From positions 26,818,912 to 26,882,911 of the forward strand of contig NC_092675.1 in NCBI RefSeq assembly GCF_964355755.1: DNA of 64,000 nucleotides, given 5' to 3'. The notes beneath the pieces were generated by a model. That model was not told the origin of the DNA. It ran no database searches and saw nothing but the letters and a program-made list of their open reading frames with translations. The position numbers were made by a program, and so were the translations under genes. This stretch comes from Antedon mediterranea. Lineage: Eukaryota; Animalia; Echinodermata. Positions 1-12,490 of the stretch are shown piece by piece (the first letter of the stretch is position 1; every line of letters starts with the position of its first letter).

Positions 1-31
1 GGAAATGACTGTAATGTTTTAAGAATCATAC

Positions 32-3000
32 TTGATAGTATTCCACTGGTTGATTCCATCCAGTGGTTTTGTCCCGTTTGTGTTCCATCCAGCTATACCT
101 TCAACAATGGTGGGAAACCAATCACTAACGTGGATCAGTCCATTGTTAATAGTGCCCTTAACTTTTACCGAAAGTAATGGACTATGGACAAATCCAACAG
201 CTCGGATACCTCCTTCGAACAGCGAGAACTTTAAACCACGTAATGGCCAGTTATTACCCTCACTTCCTCCAACGCCACCATTATCTAGAATGATAATATC
301 TATTATTTAAATTATCTATTCTGTTATTTCGAAATCAAACAAAAATGTTGCTTTACTTTGGATTAGGCGATAACAACGTAATACTCACCACTAGAAAATA
401 TTATGATAGTGTCTTCATAGATTCCAGTTTCTTTCAATGCATCTATGACCTAATTAATATTATTAAATCATAATATAATTTTTAAATATCATAATATTCA
501 AAACAATAAATGTGATTTCAAAACACATCATCGTACATACAGATATCTTACCCTCACTTCCGTGAATGTGGGAAGTCTACAGGACCCGACATGACACCAG
601 CAAAATGACACATAGGCGCAATATTGGTCATATAAAAAAAAACTGTCAAAAAACTATCAAATACCGGCTTACTAAGTGGTTGATATTCTAGAAAGGAAGA
701 TTGGAAAGAGGGATATACATAGTAACATTAGAGAGGAATAATGTTTATTTCCATGTCCTGGATAAGCTGCTAACAGGCTGGCTTAAGGAAAAGAAGATCA
801 TCAGACCGAAGAGTATCATTGAACAGTACACTCATAGTGATTCTTGACAGGGAATCACTATGGCGTCTATATTAGACTGATCAAGAAGTTATACATCCAT
901 TTCTTTCATGGTAAAGAAATGTCAGAGAGCAGAACAAAGTAAAAAGATGCTGAATGGGTAAAGAACTGCCAGTCAGCAGAACCAAGTAAATAAGATGCTG
1001 CATGGGTAAAGAACTGTTATAAGGCAGAACCAATTACAATTATGAGTAGGCCTAATACCGTACTGTAAATGACATTATAATCTTGTACGGTGTAATTCAT
1101 CCAACATGTACGCAAAATCGTTTAATTCCTTACAGGAAAAAAGCAATAAAACAACTTGCGGCAGTTCAGTTTATTACAAGTGTTACAACAGCATAATTAT
1201 AATATTATTATACGTTTTAAATTACAAAATTCGACGCTTATTACAAAGTGTCAAATAATAAAAATTTTAATAAGGAACCTTAGTTTGAGTAACATGTCAA
1301 ATTACCTTTCCAATGCCTTCATCTAAACAACTCACCATCGCGGCATAAGAAAGTCTGTTTTCATCAGTAAATATACCGCGCAGTGGTTCTTTATACTCAT
1401 CTGGTACTTCGAGTGGAGAATGTGGTGCTTGGTACGACAGGTACAAAAACAAAGGCTGGGAAAAAATGAGTGTTATGTTATTAAATATTTAAATTAATAC
1501 CGTATAAGTAAATGGCCTGGACTTTTACATTGATGAGAGATAGGCATGGGTGGGTTGGGTGGTAATAGTTGCCTTACCTTGTCTTCCGTTTTGTTCTTTA
1601 TTATGTCTATGGCTTCATCAGTAAAAACGTGAGTAGAGTATGTACCATTGTACTCAAATGCAGGTAAGTAGTTTCGATGGAAGTCGTAGCCATCAACCAG
1701 TGGTGGTAGAGATTTGTGACTATAGTGAGTGCCGAAACCAAGATACAACCCTAAACAGAACATACGTTTTGTTTGATTACATTAAGTTATGAAATGTGCA
1801 ACTAAATTGTGTGACGTTATTTAAAAGATATTTAATATTAAAAAAAATAATTGTCATGTTTACAATTAATTAATTAATCACTGTCATCACCATGGTAATT
1901 ATTATCTTTATATCCGGTAATGTGCATATCCAGTTTAGAAATTTTATTTCTCAGATTCGGATACCTTTTATTACACACTCTTGCACTTCGCAAAGGTTAA
2001 GAAAAAAGCAGAGGTAACCATGCGAACTAGATCATCAACTGTTACTAGGAGCAGTTTTATAGGTCCTATTCTGCAACACTAATAATAATAATAAATAGAT
2101 AATAACATTAACTCGATCATATAGGTTAAGTATTATTCGATCTGTAAGATTACGTTGGTTTTACTATTTCATTTACTTGTATAATTCGCTTCTTATTTAA
2201 GACTTAAATGTTATATTTGATACTTTTTGTTTTTTTATTGACTTGTAAATGAACAGTCTTATAAACGCGTGCCGCTGATACAAAAGCGTGTGTTTAATAA
2301 AGTTTATCAGTTTATCAGTATACGCTGCCGCTCCTGTAATCCAATGGACGTCAATCGAGCGACATAATATTGTTTATTCTTTCGGTAACTACAATTATTT
2401 TAGTACAATTTTGTTGAGCGTGTCAAATGGCCGAGCGATTAAACCATGGGCGTTTTACCGTACTTAATATCGGCATGGGTTCGAGGCCGATTCTTACACT
2501 TACTTTGTATCATGTGATCCACAATTAAAATAAAGGTATAGGATGTATGTTATAATAGAGGGTACTTTGGATAACTTTATGACGTTATCCAAATTCCTTC
2601 ACTTGCACTGATGAAGGGCTAGTGTTGCCCGAAAGCTCTGCTAACTTTTCTGGCTGTTTTACTTTATCGTTTTGATTTAGCTTTTCGCTTTTTTGTTGTA
2701 TCTCCATTGAAACCTCCAGCCACTGATACCCACAGCATTGTCATTTTTCAGTAATTTGCCTTTGGATTTATAATAGTAGTTTAGTTAGATGCAATAATTA
2801 TAAGGTGCGGTATTACTATGCAAATCAATATTTACCCAAGAATGAATCGAAACCCCTGTTATTTGGAAGACATGCCTCATCATAGTAACCTAGATGCCAT
2901 TTTCCTACCAGGTGAGTAGAATAGCCAGCTTCTTTCATCTTCTGAGCTAAAGTTATTTCGTCAGTTGGTAAGCAAGATGGTATCGAATCTGTGAAAACGC

Positions 3001-6000
3001 CATGCTGTAATCCTGTACGAATCTAAATAAAGAAAACCAAACGTTATTCTAAAATATATCGTTTGTCTTTCTTAATGCGTCGATAAAAAAAATTATTAAA
3101 CACCACCAAAAAAAAAAGGAATAAACTTGCTTCATCTGAAGGTTCATTTTGTTTGTCTTCGAGTAGCACATTATTAATACTATTTCAGGTAAATTCTACC
3201 CACACTGGCATGCTTTGGCAGGTTTTATTGACGTTTTTTAATAACTATCATCGTGTGACTGTTACTGCACTGCAGATGGATAGAATCAAGTAATTCTTTT
3301 TTTATATTTCCTTCACTTTATTCCAAATCACAATTTTTTTACTTAACAATTTTAAAACAAATGCAATAATATGAAAAGGAATAGGGCAACCACGAACAAG
3401 CAAAGCTTTACAACTGTGGCACCCTTTAAAAATATAAAACAAATTATTTTAATAGTATGCATGAAAGAATCGAAATTTACTAAAAACAGTTTTTTTTTAA
3501 TAGTACTGCAAGATAATAAATATGAAACTATACTAACTTATATATACATATAATTAATAGCATTGATTACATTTTTTCTCTGCAAAAAAGACAGTTTTCT
3601 TCTTGACACAAATACTTTATAAATGATAACGTTCAATATAAATACAATCTAACTTCTTCTTAAATAGTGATGTATTTCTACATTGTTTTAGATCATCCGA
3701 TAGATAAGATTGTTCCTCACCTTAGACCCTGCAGTATACGAGAAGCCTTGACGGCCAACATTTGTATGCTTCAGATCTATTACAAGATTGTTTTTATTGC
3801 GCGTGTTATAATCATGATACGAGTCGAAGGTGTGGAAAAATCCATAAAATGACTCTGGTAATTTTCCATTTTTGTAGAGGAACATTAAATTTGCTACATT
3901 TTTTTCATATAGATCGAATATGTTTAAGGTATTAGTTTTAATGAATAATGGAGAAGATGGATGTAGGTAGTGGACTTTACATATTATTCGGAGGGCCTTT
4001 TTTGTAAAACGTGAATTCTATTTAAATTATTATACCAGTACTCCACACAGTAATGACATATGTAATGATGGGAAGGATAAGGGGTTTATAAATAATGAGC
4101 AATATTTCATATGGTAGTATGGTTTTTAAGAGATTCATAGCTCCAATAATGGCAGAAATCTTACTAGTGATTACATTAATATGCTGTAAGAAATTTATTT
4201 TTTCATCAAGTATAACTCGACTCCTAAAAATGTTGTTTGATAAACTCTTTCAATAACGTCTTGATCAATAAAAATGTTTACATGAGATGTATCAATAGTA
4301 CTATTTCTACCACTAAAAACCATAAATTTGGTCTTTTTAGTATTTATGGTAAGTTTGTTTGCCTTAATCCATAAATTCAATTTTGTTAATTCATTATTCA
4401 TAATATCAATAGCTTCATTTACATTGTTGTGTTGTAAGAAAACACTTGTGTCATCGGCAAACATTATTAGTTGTGTACTGGTACACACTGATTGCATATC
4501 ATTTACAAACATTAGGAATAATAAAGGACCCAAGATTGATCCTTGAGGGACACCGTATTTTATCAACTTTTTGTCGGAATTTATTCCGTCAATAGTTACG
4601 AATTGTTCTTTTTCGCTTAGATAACTGCAGAACCATTTATGTTCAATACCTCTGATCCCAAAATAGGGTAATTTTTTAGTAAGTATGTTGTGGTCTATCG
4701 AATCAAAGGCCTTAGATAGGTCGAGAAATACGCCATAAACAAACTGCTTATTGTCAATTGCCATTGATATTTTCTCAATTCGTTCATACACCTTTGACAT
4801 ATACAAGATAGTATGGATATAGGCCTATAATTTCGTATATCGTCTCTAACGCCACTCTTATATACCGGTATAGTTTTTGCCAATTTAAGTTTATTTGGAA
4901 AGACTTCTGTGCTGAGTGATAGATTGACTAAATACGTAACAGGTTTAGTTAATATATCAGCATTTTTATTTATGTATTTTTCCTCGATATCATCGTGGCC
5001 TGGTGACTTGCTTGTGTTCAGGTCCGATGGGTATGTTTTGACGTCATACTCTGTTAACGGAGTAAAGAACATGGAGTTTTGTATGCTATAATTATTCATG
5101 TAGTCTATTGGATTTACATGTGGGTAATTTTCATTTGCCTTTTCTGCCATTTCTTCACCAATACTATTAAAATAAGAATTCATGACTTCCGCTTTATCAG
5201 TGGGAGTTTCAAATGTTTCAGAACGATATGTCACTTTTGCTGGGATTTTAGATTTTTTATTTCTTCCCAGAATAGCATTTCATGTCATTTTTTCGTTTTT
5301 CGAAGTCCTCTTTATAATAACTTATTTTTCTTTGTCTAATGATTGTTGTTAGTTTGTTTTTGTATTTTTTATATTTTGATTTATTAACACTAGAAGGATT
5401 CTTTTTATATTTGATATATAATTTCTCTTTAGTATTTAGAGACCGTTATATACCATCAGTCATCCAGGGTGACCTTATTCTATCGGTTTTCAACCTAACC
5501 TTTTTTAACGGGAAACATCTATCAATTAGTGTTGTAATTGTATTTGAGAATCGATTATATGATACATTTGCATCAGAGCAATTTAAGACATTATCCCACT
5601 GTTGATTTTGTAACTCATTTCGAAATAATTGATTTTGTACAGTCGAAAAGTTACGCTTAAAAACATATGTGCTTGTTTTACTTTCCGTATATTTTTGTGA
5701 TTTATCAATGCTTATTACTGGACAATGATCAGATATATCACTAAACAAAATATTAGTTTCAATGTCATGAGTGTTTGGAGAGTTTGTATAAATGTTGCCT
5801 ATTATTGTTGACGTTTCCTCAGTAATGCGCGTCGGTTTATTTACTAGGGGTATAAATGATTCTGAGATCATAAAATCGACATGCTCTTGGACATTACCAC
5901 AGAGTTGTACATATTTAGGTCAACATTGTAGCCGCCCATGAGATAAGTTTTTTTCTCTTTTTTTTCTCTTTTGTGGTTAACCACCACCTTTATTTATTCT

Positions 6001-9000
6001 TTCATACAAATTTCGTTCACATTTCATTTTCATACATTAAATTTCTGTTTTCTACTTTTTTCGTTATTTTCTGATTTTTACTCTTTTAACCTTTATACAT
6101 ATAGTGGTTTGATTATATGCATACAAAAACTGTACATCTTAAAATACAAAAATGGATGCCACTTATAAGTTACAACATGCCTAGTGTATTCATATCTTTT
6201 AAAATATATTTAAACTGAATCCAGGGATTCTGGCATACAGGTTTTTTAAGTTCAGTTTTAATTTTAATTATGTATATGACGTACACAGCTATTGAATACA
6301 ATTGGTTTTTTAATTGACATTTACTTCCTAACAGGAGTTCTTAGAACGAGCTACTGCTGTTATTTAGCTTTTTAAAAATATTGTCAATTTTTTCCCATAG
6401 TATTTGATTACGTCTACAGTAATAAAACATATGTTTTTCGTATTCAATGACTCCACAATTGTTACATATGTTATTATTTTTCAGTTTCCAGTTATACAGT
6501 TTTAGATTTGTAGGTACAACTCTATTTAGTAATTTGTAATTCAATTGGGCAAATTTCTTAATTTTTTCGTTTTTCACTTTTCTTTTCCAGACATCACACC
6601 ACTTGATATCTTCATTAAATATGTTATTCCATTTAAGTATGCTTTTCGGGGGAATAAAAACATTATTAACAAAGTTAGAATAAACATCTTTTGTTGTCAT
6701 CTTAATTATATTGTTGATATTGTATTCCAGATTCACATTCATATATTGGTTCATATTTGGCATATTATGTTTAATTATACTTAACCACTCTTTTGGAATA
6801 GCTCTGGTTAGAGAAACATATTCAGCTATCCAGTTTTTCTTAATACGTAATTGTTTAATTATTTCTATAGGTTTCATTAGACGATTGAAAATAATTATAT
6901 CTCCAATTTGATTAAAACCTGCATCTATCCAGTTCTTAAAGAATAGTGGTTTGTTTCTATATTTAATATCATTGTTGTTACCCCATAAGTTTTGCTTTAT
7001 CACTTCTTCATACTCGTTAATTGTACCTTCATTATTCATATTATTAAATTCAACACAACACTTTAGAACATTATAATAAAAAGATGGTATAGTATCTAAG
7101 CCCATGTTATTTTGAAAATTGATATTTGACATACTTAAAATTAGTTGTTCGGTTCCAAATTTATTAAAATAGTATAGTGGTAAGATTTTCCATCTTACGT
7201 GTTTTCTACACAGTAATTTTCTTGCCCATATCATTTTCAGAGAGTTTATGTGTAATGCGAAATCAGGCATACCTATGCCCCTTTTAATCATCTTACCGAT
7301 TAAAGTTTTTCTTTTTATTTTTTCTGTTTTTCCATTCCATAAAAAGTTATATATCAATTTATTTATTTTAAAAATAACATCATCTGGTACATCAATTATA
7401 CATGCATTGTTTGTTAGTTTAGACAAAGCTAAACTTTTTAAAATGGTAACTTTGCCAAAACAGGTTAGGTTTCTTCCTTTCCATCTATTGAGTAGCATTT
7501 CTAAGTTTGCCACCTTACTATCCCAATTTAATTCACTGCATTTGTTCTCATTATATCCCACATAAATACCCAAAATCTTAATTGGTTCATTAACCCAATT
7601 TAGACTGCATGGTTTTTGAATTTTGTTTACATTTTTGCCAATCCATATAGCGTTGGTTTTTTTTTTATTTAAAGTCATACCAGACACTTTACCAAACTTA
7701 TTAACAATGTTTAAACCAATCTCTATACTTTTTTCATTTCCCACAAAGAGTACAGTGTCATCTGCCAGCTGCGCAATGCGAACTTCCTCACCATTATCAT
7801 TGTTAGGTAAAGATATTCCTTTATAGCATTTATCTTTTCTTATATTACACGCCATAATTTCTACTACTAAAATAAAGAGTAACGCCGACAATGGGCAACC
7901 CTGTCTTATTCCGCATTCCATTTCAAAACTTTCTGATATCCAACCATTATTAACAATAACACATTCAAATTTACTATAAATTGTATTTACCCATTTTAAA
8001 AAGGATTCTCCAAAATTAAATTTTTTTAGTACCTTAAACATAAAATCCATGAGATAAGTTTGTTTCTTTTCGCTATTGCATTTGTTCATGAGTTCACTCA
8101 TTTGAGCGTTAAAGTTAGAAACTTTGGTGGTCTATAAATAACTCCACAAATAACTGTCTTATTGTCTGTATCAAGTTCAATAATAATACTCTCAGCAGCA
8201 TGCAGAAGCTGCGATAGGTCACTTCTTAATCGATAAGACAAATTTGACTTTATATAAAGCAACGCTACCACCACCTGTGTCCCTATTGTTATATATTGCT
8301 GTATAGTTATTTAATTGATACAGACCAGTAAAGTGTTTACTAGAGAGCCATGTCTCAGTCAGACCGATCGCAGAAAATTCATAGTCAAATCGTGAAACAT
8401 AATTTGATAATTTATCAAATTTTCTTACTATACTTCTACAGTTTAACGAAAATATTAAAAAATTCTTTGATACATCATCTGAACAATATTTAGCTTTGAA
8501 ATCATCAACACTTATATATTTGTTTTCAAAGTAATTTGGTATAGTTATAATGTTGTTTTCTTCTTCATTATTTGTTTGTAATACAAAAGACATCTAATTT
8601 TAAAAAAAACTTAATTATTTTTTCAAAAATAAATAAAAAGAAAAAAGAATAACAGTAAAATATCGGGAAAAAAGTAACAGTTTACTGTACTGTTTATCAC
8701 AACTGATCTCCGCGAGTTATGTCTCACATACTAGGTACAAATGCGTTGGGTACTGATTCAGGTATGATGACCACGGTACGGTCTTTCATCTATTTGCTTT
8801 CCATAGTTTTTAGAGGCCGAGTTGACGGATTAGTTTTTGGCCGAGTTGACGTGAGGCCGAGTTGACGTGAGGCCGAGTTGACGTGAGGCCGAGTTGACTT
8901 GAGGCCGAGTTGACGTGGGGCCGACTTGACTTGGGGCCGACTTGACGTGGGGCCGACATGACTTTGGCCGAAACGGTTTAGGGCCGAGTTAGATTGAATT

Positions 9001-10483
9001 CCCTGTGGCCTGTAAATAAATTTGGCTATTATGTGCCTGGGCTTTTAGCATTCCTTGTTTGTTTACCGGTCCGATGCGCATTTTCAATTTGTATGTCGTC
9101 AATTTTTAAATGTTTACTTAACATATCTTGTAGTTTATTTAGCGTATTTTCGTTTTCGTCCTCCTGTATACCACCAAATCTTAAGTTGTAACTTCTCAAG
9201 TGCCTCTCCATCCTTAGTACCTCAGCCTCCAAATTAAACTTATTGTTTTCTGTTTAACATTTAGCTTTAAGATCAGTTTGTAATGTACATTACCTCCACC
9301 ATTCTGCTCCTCTTTTTGTCTTATCAAATACACTTAATATTTACGACTTACAAAAAATGTTGCTTTATTTATGTTTAAATTCAAACATAATCAACTGCCC
9401 AGAATTGTTGATACTTATTTTCAAACTTTTAGTTCAGTTCATAATTATAATACCAGAAATAAATTAGATTATGCTTATGATTGTTTTAATACGGAGGTTG
9501 GCAAGCATGATATAAATTTTCCAGGACCAAAAATATGGAATTCTTTACCTGAAGAACTCAAAATTATTAATTTTATATCTTCATTTAAGTTCAAATTACA
9601 TGAATACCTTGTTTCTACTATTATTGTTTAAGTTAATAATATATCTGTCTTAAGTTAAATTATAACTGCATTTGTTAAGTTAAATGTCTTTTTTTGTTCA
9701 TTATCATTTAATTATATATATTTCTTACCTTACCTTATTTTTAAATATGTTGCCTGGACCCCATATTTTAAAGCTTAGCTTCCAGTGGGGTACCCTTTTC
9801 TCATTTATTATCTATTATTTTTAGAAAATGTAACTGTATTTTGTTTTTATTTGAGAAATAAATTGATTGATTGATTGAAGTTCAATCTCTATATTTACCA
9901 TTTGTGTGTAGCAAGATCACCTACTTTAGACTCATTTTCATTTATTGTCGTAGTGTAATATTCAAGCGATCTATCCAACTCTATTTGTTTCTCCTCCAAT
10001 TTAGTCATCCTGCTCAATAATAGTTGTTGGGTTGTTTGAATAGTCGCTATTCCCGTATCAAATTTAGTATTAATTTGAGCCATCATATCTTTGAGTTCGC
10101 TTCGTAGGGCTTTAATTTCAGTGGTTGATGAATGAATTCTTGGTCATAAAATAAGATAACACATTACCTGATAAAATCTTCTGAACACGTACAGTAGATG
10201 TAATCGATCTTACCTGATATCGACCGGTCATCAGCTGACTTCTGGTGGGCGAACATATTGGTTGAACGTAATAATTTTCTAACTTCACACCTTCAGCAGC
10301 CAATTTATCTATTACAGGGGTATCGAACAGCGCCCCGTGGTATCCGACATCCCGATACCCTTGGTCATCTGTCAAAATGAATATTACGTTAGGTTGTTTA
10401 TAGCCTACAACAGCAGAGAACTGAAAGCTAAGGAAAATAAGAATAGGGTTAAGTACGTTACACGCCATTTTCTCACTAAACAT
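32..10483 (-). CDS. ARSB: Arylsulfatase B/I/J-like sulfatase; 6 exons visible (10214-10483, 2836-3022, 1578-1750, 1306-1455, 389-449, 32-284); 3' part lies beyond the window start
   Basis: All exons are bounded by GT/AG and splice in frame. Hydrophobic signal-like N-terminus, [12 protein letters not shown], the formylglycine motif [40 protein letters not shown] and IHVSDWFPT. Orthology to ARSB versus ARSI/J is not resolved. Confidence 0.92.
928..1033 (+). repeat. Short tandem repeat, about 47-bp unit, about 2.2 copies
   Basis: GCAGAAC(A/C)AAGTAAA..AGATGCTG(A/C)ATGGGTAAAGAACTG occurs twice, followed by a third GCAGAACCAA. Confidence 0.7.
2416..2500 (+). mobile_element. Degenerate tRNA-derived sequence (SINE-like head)
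   Basis: A-box-like TGGCCGAGCG and B-box-like GGTTCGAGGCC at tRNA-like spacing. It does not fold as a clean cloverleaf. Confidence 0.45.
2578..2772 (+). ncRNA. Hammerhead-ribozyme repeat, copy 1 (retrozyme or solo Penelope pseudo-LTR)
   Basis: TTGCA-CTGATGA-A-GGGC-TAGTGTT-GCCC-GAAA-GCTC-TGC gives a type I core with stem II and a minimal stem III. Near-identical copies recur at 12015, 12213, 19772 and 33756. Confidence 0.8.
5951..8046 (-). mobile_element. 5'-truncated L1/Tx1-clade LINE inserted into the CR1 endonuclease
   Basis: [19 protein letters not shown] and a C-terminal CxxC..H...C zinc knuckle. A-rich tail at 5951-5972. 15-bp TSD CCATGAGATAAGTTT at 5936-5950 and 8047-8061. Confidence 0.92.
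8815..8990 (+). repeat. Minisatellite of 16-17-bp units GGCCGAGTTGACGTGA, part of an insertion into the LINE ORF1
   Basis: About 10 head-to-tail units. The LINE ORF1 reading (..[10 protein letters not shown]) stops abruptly at about 9002. Confidence 0.85.
9281..9877 (+). mobile_element. 3' fragment of a second CR1-like LINE, opposite orientation
   Basis: ORF 9371-9631 ([21 protein letters not shown]) is a CR1/L2 ORF2 C-terminus, followed by AATAAA and an (ATTG)n tail at 9857-9877. It splits the host LINE ORF1. Confidence 0.85.
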
Positions 10484-11911
10484 TTACTTTTTGGTGCAGA
10501 TCGTAAACCATGCCAAACAATTGGAGTTTGGTTGTGTTCTTATGTAAATACCAGTATGAATAGGGCTAATTGTATTGAATATTGAAGTGCAATGATCGAT
10601 AAAAAAAGGTAAACTCATATAACAGTTTCCTTATTCCTTTTCATAAAGTTGTTTAAATTAAAATTTATCTAAAAGAAGAAAGAACAAATACTGGTCTATG
10701 CATTTGGATAAAATGAGAAGTCTAGTACAGTATGACTATGGATTCATTAATTATTCATTAATCCATGGTATAATTAAGAACGAAATGATAGAAAAAGAAG
10801 AAGAAGGTTAAATTTAAATTTCGCAATTGGACAATGGAGGGAGGTTTCGCAACCTTACGAATACGATAACGAAAACGGATACGTCATACATTTGTGAAAC
10901 TTTTGAGCTGATCCCCATTTCATATTCGTAAAGCGTATTCGTGTTGACGAATATATCACCAGTCACATTCGTAACTACAAAACGAGTATAGTTTTTGATC
11001 TATTTGCACATTTTGCATTTGAATCAGAAATGATTCATGATTATAATATAATTATAGATTTATTGAATGTAATTTACTAAAGTAATTTACTAAAATGCCA
11101 AGTCAATTTGGATAAATAGCAGTTTTTAAAGTCTTCACTCGCTTTGATGTTACGCTACTAGGCCTAGGCAGCCAAGCACCAAGCAACACGTCCTGCGCTT
11201 TGCTCAAATTTACCACAGTCATATTTTGGACGCGCCTCAATATTTCGTTAGTTCCTTAGTCTTGGCCGAGGCTACAACATCCTGGGTTAAGGCTTTAGAT
11301 ATTGGGCCAAAAAAAAAAAAAGTTTGTTGCTGTCATCCGCCGCCCCTAATTTCGCCAAAAATTTGGGGCGGAGATAAGAAAAAGGTTTTTTTTACGTTGA
11401 GGGCGCTTTTTAAAAATAAGTTTTTTTATGATTTTTTTTTGGCCGAAAAGGTGTAAAAATCGAGTTTGCGAGGATGAAACAATAAAAATAATAACGTAGC
11501 GTATATTTCGGTGTATAATCGCACTTTAATGACACGCAAATTTAACCTCTAAATTAAGGGTGCGTCTTATACCCCGAACATAAATGCCTCAACACACAGA
11601 TATCGCCACTTCGTTGGCTAGGCCTGGGCTTTTTAAGGGGGCCTAGGCTAGGCCTATTAGTATTAGTATTACTAGAGTGCCTAGCCTAGCTACAGTGTAC
11701 TAGCGTAACAGCAACCTGCTAGTTTTCAAGGCATTTTAGCGTGATCTTGTACTAAATACTAAATATGATGAAAAGATTTGTTCATTATGGAGCTGTTTTA
11801 GGCGCTCCGATAAAATTTCATTTGTAAACGTTTACGATTGGAATAGCAAAGATTATATAGCGCCGCGCTACGCGGCGCAAGATAGGCAAAGATCCGGGAA
11901 ATATAATATAT

Positions 11912-11995
11912 ATCGTTTCAAATTAATTAATTAAAAATTTCAGTATATCACCTGGCGGTTTAGAATTAATGTTCATTGCCTGATGTGTTTATACA
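11912..11995 (+). repeat. 3' fragment of the 369-bp tRNA-bearing repeat unit
   Basis: ATCGTTTCAAATTAATTAATTAA..CAGTATATCACC.GGCGGTTTAGAATTAATGTTC matches 23218-23300 and 23587-23667. Confidence 0.8.
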
Positions 11996-12014
11996 GCACT
12001 TGCCAGCTTTATAC

Positions 12015-12378
12015 TATGACGTTATCCAAATTCCTTCACTTGCACTGATGAAGGGCTAGTGTTGCCCGAAAGCTCTGCTACCTTTTCTGGCTGTTTTGCT
12101 TCTCGTTGTTATTTAGCTTTTCGCTTTTATTTTGTATCTCCATTGAGATCCAGCCACTGATACCCACAGCATTGTCATTTTTTCAGTAATTTGCCTTTGG
12201 ATTTATATATATCTTGCACTGATGAAGGGCTAATGTTGCCCGAAAGCTCTGCTAACTTTTCTGGCTGTTTACTTTTTCGTTTTGATTTAGGTTTTCGCTT
12301 TTTAGTTTTGTATGTCCATTGAGATCCAGCCACTGATACCCACAGCATTGTCATTTTTTCAGTAATTTGCCTTTGGAT
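12015..12378 (+). ncRNA. Tandem dimer of the hammerhead repeat (copies 2 and 3)
   Basis: CTGATGA cores at 12045 and 12219, 174 nt apart, each followed by GGGC/GCCC-GAAAGCTCTGC. The units are joined by a short TA run. Confidence 0.82.
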
Positions 12379-12379
12379 G

Positions 12380-12400
12380 GATATATATATATACATATAC

Positions 12401-12487
<87 letters not shown>
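12380..12487. repeat. (TA)n microsatellite
   Basis: About 105 bp of near-perfect TA with a few C interruptions. Confidence 0.97.

Positions 12488-12490
<3 letters not shown>

Larger units (their letters stand above)
3550..10130 (-). mobile_element. Degraded near-full-length CR1/L2-group LINE (ORF1 remnants 9029-9270 and 9880-10130; APE 8061-8593 and 5446-5940; RT 4195-5234; C-terminus 3688-4195), interrupted by three later insertions
   Basis: [64 protein letters not shown]1 has a coiled coil and [15 protein letters not shown]. Many stops and frameshifts. Confidence 0.88.

Noticed and set aside
6341-8101. 586-aa ORF as a real gene
   Set aside because: Chimera of CR1 and L1 sequence across a TSD; the RT N-terminus is missing.
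8815-8990. Repeat array as CRISPR
   Set aside because: Units are contiguous with no unique spacers, there are no cas genes, and the context is eukaryotic.
11300-11900. Possible DNA-transposon ends (GGCCAAAAAAAA.., TATTTCGGTGTATAATCGCAC..)
   Set aside because: Resemble MITE or pogo-type termini, but I could not find matching partner TIRs or TSDs.
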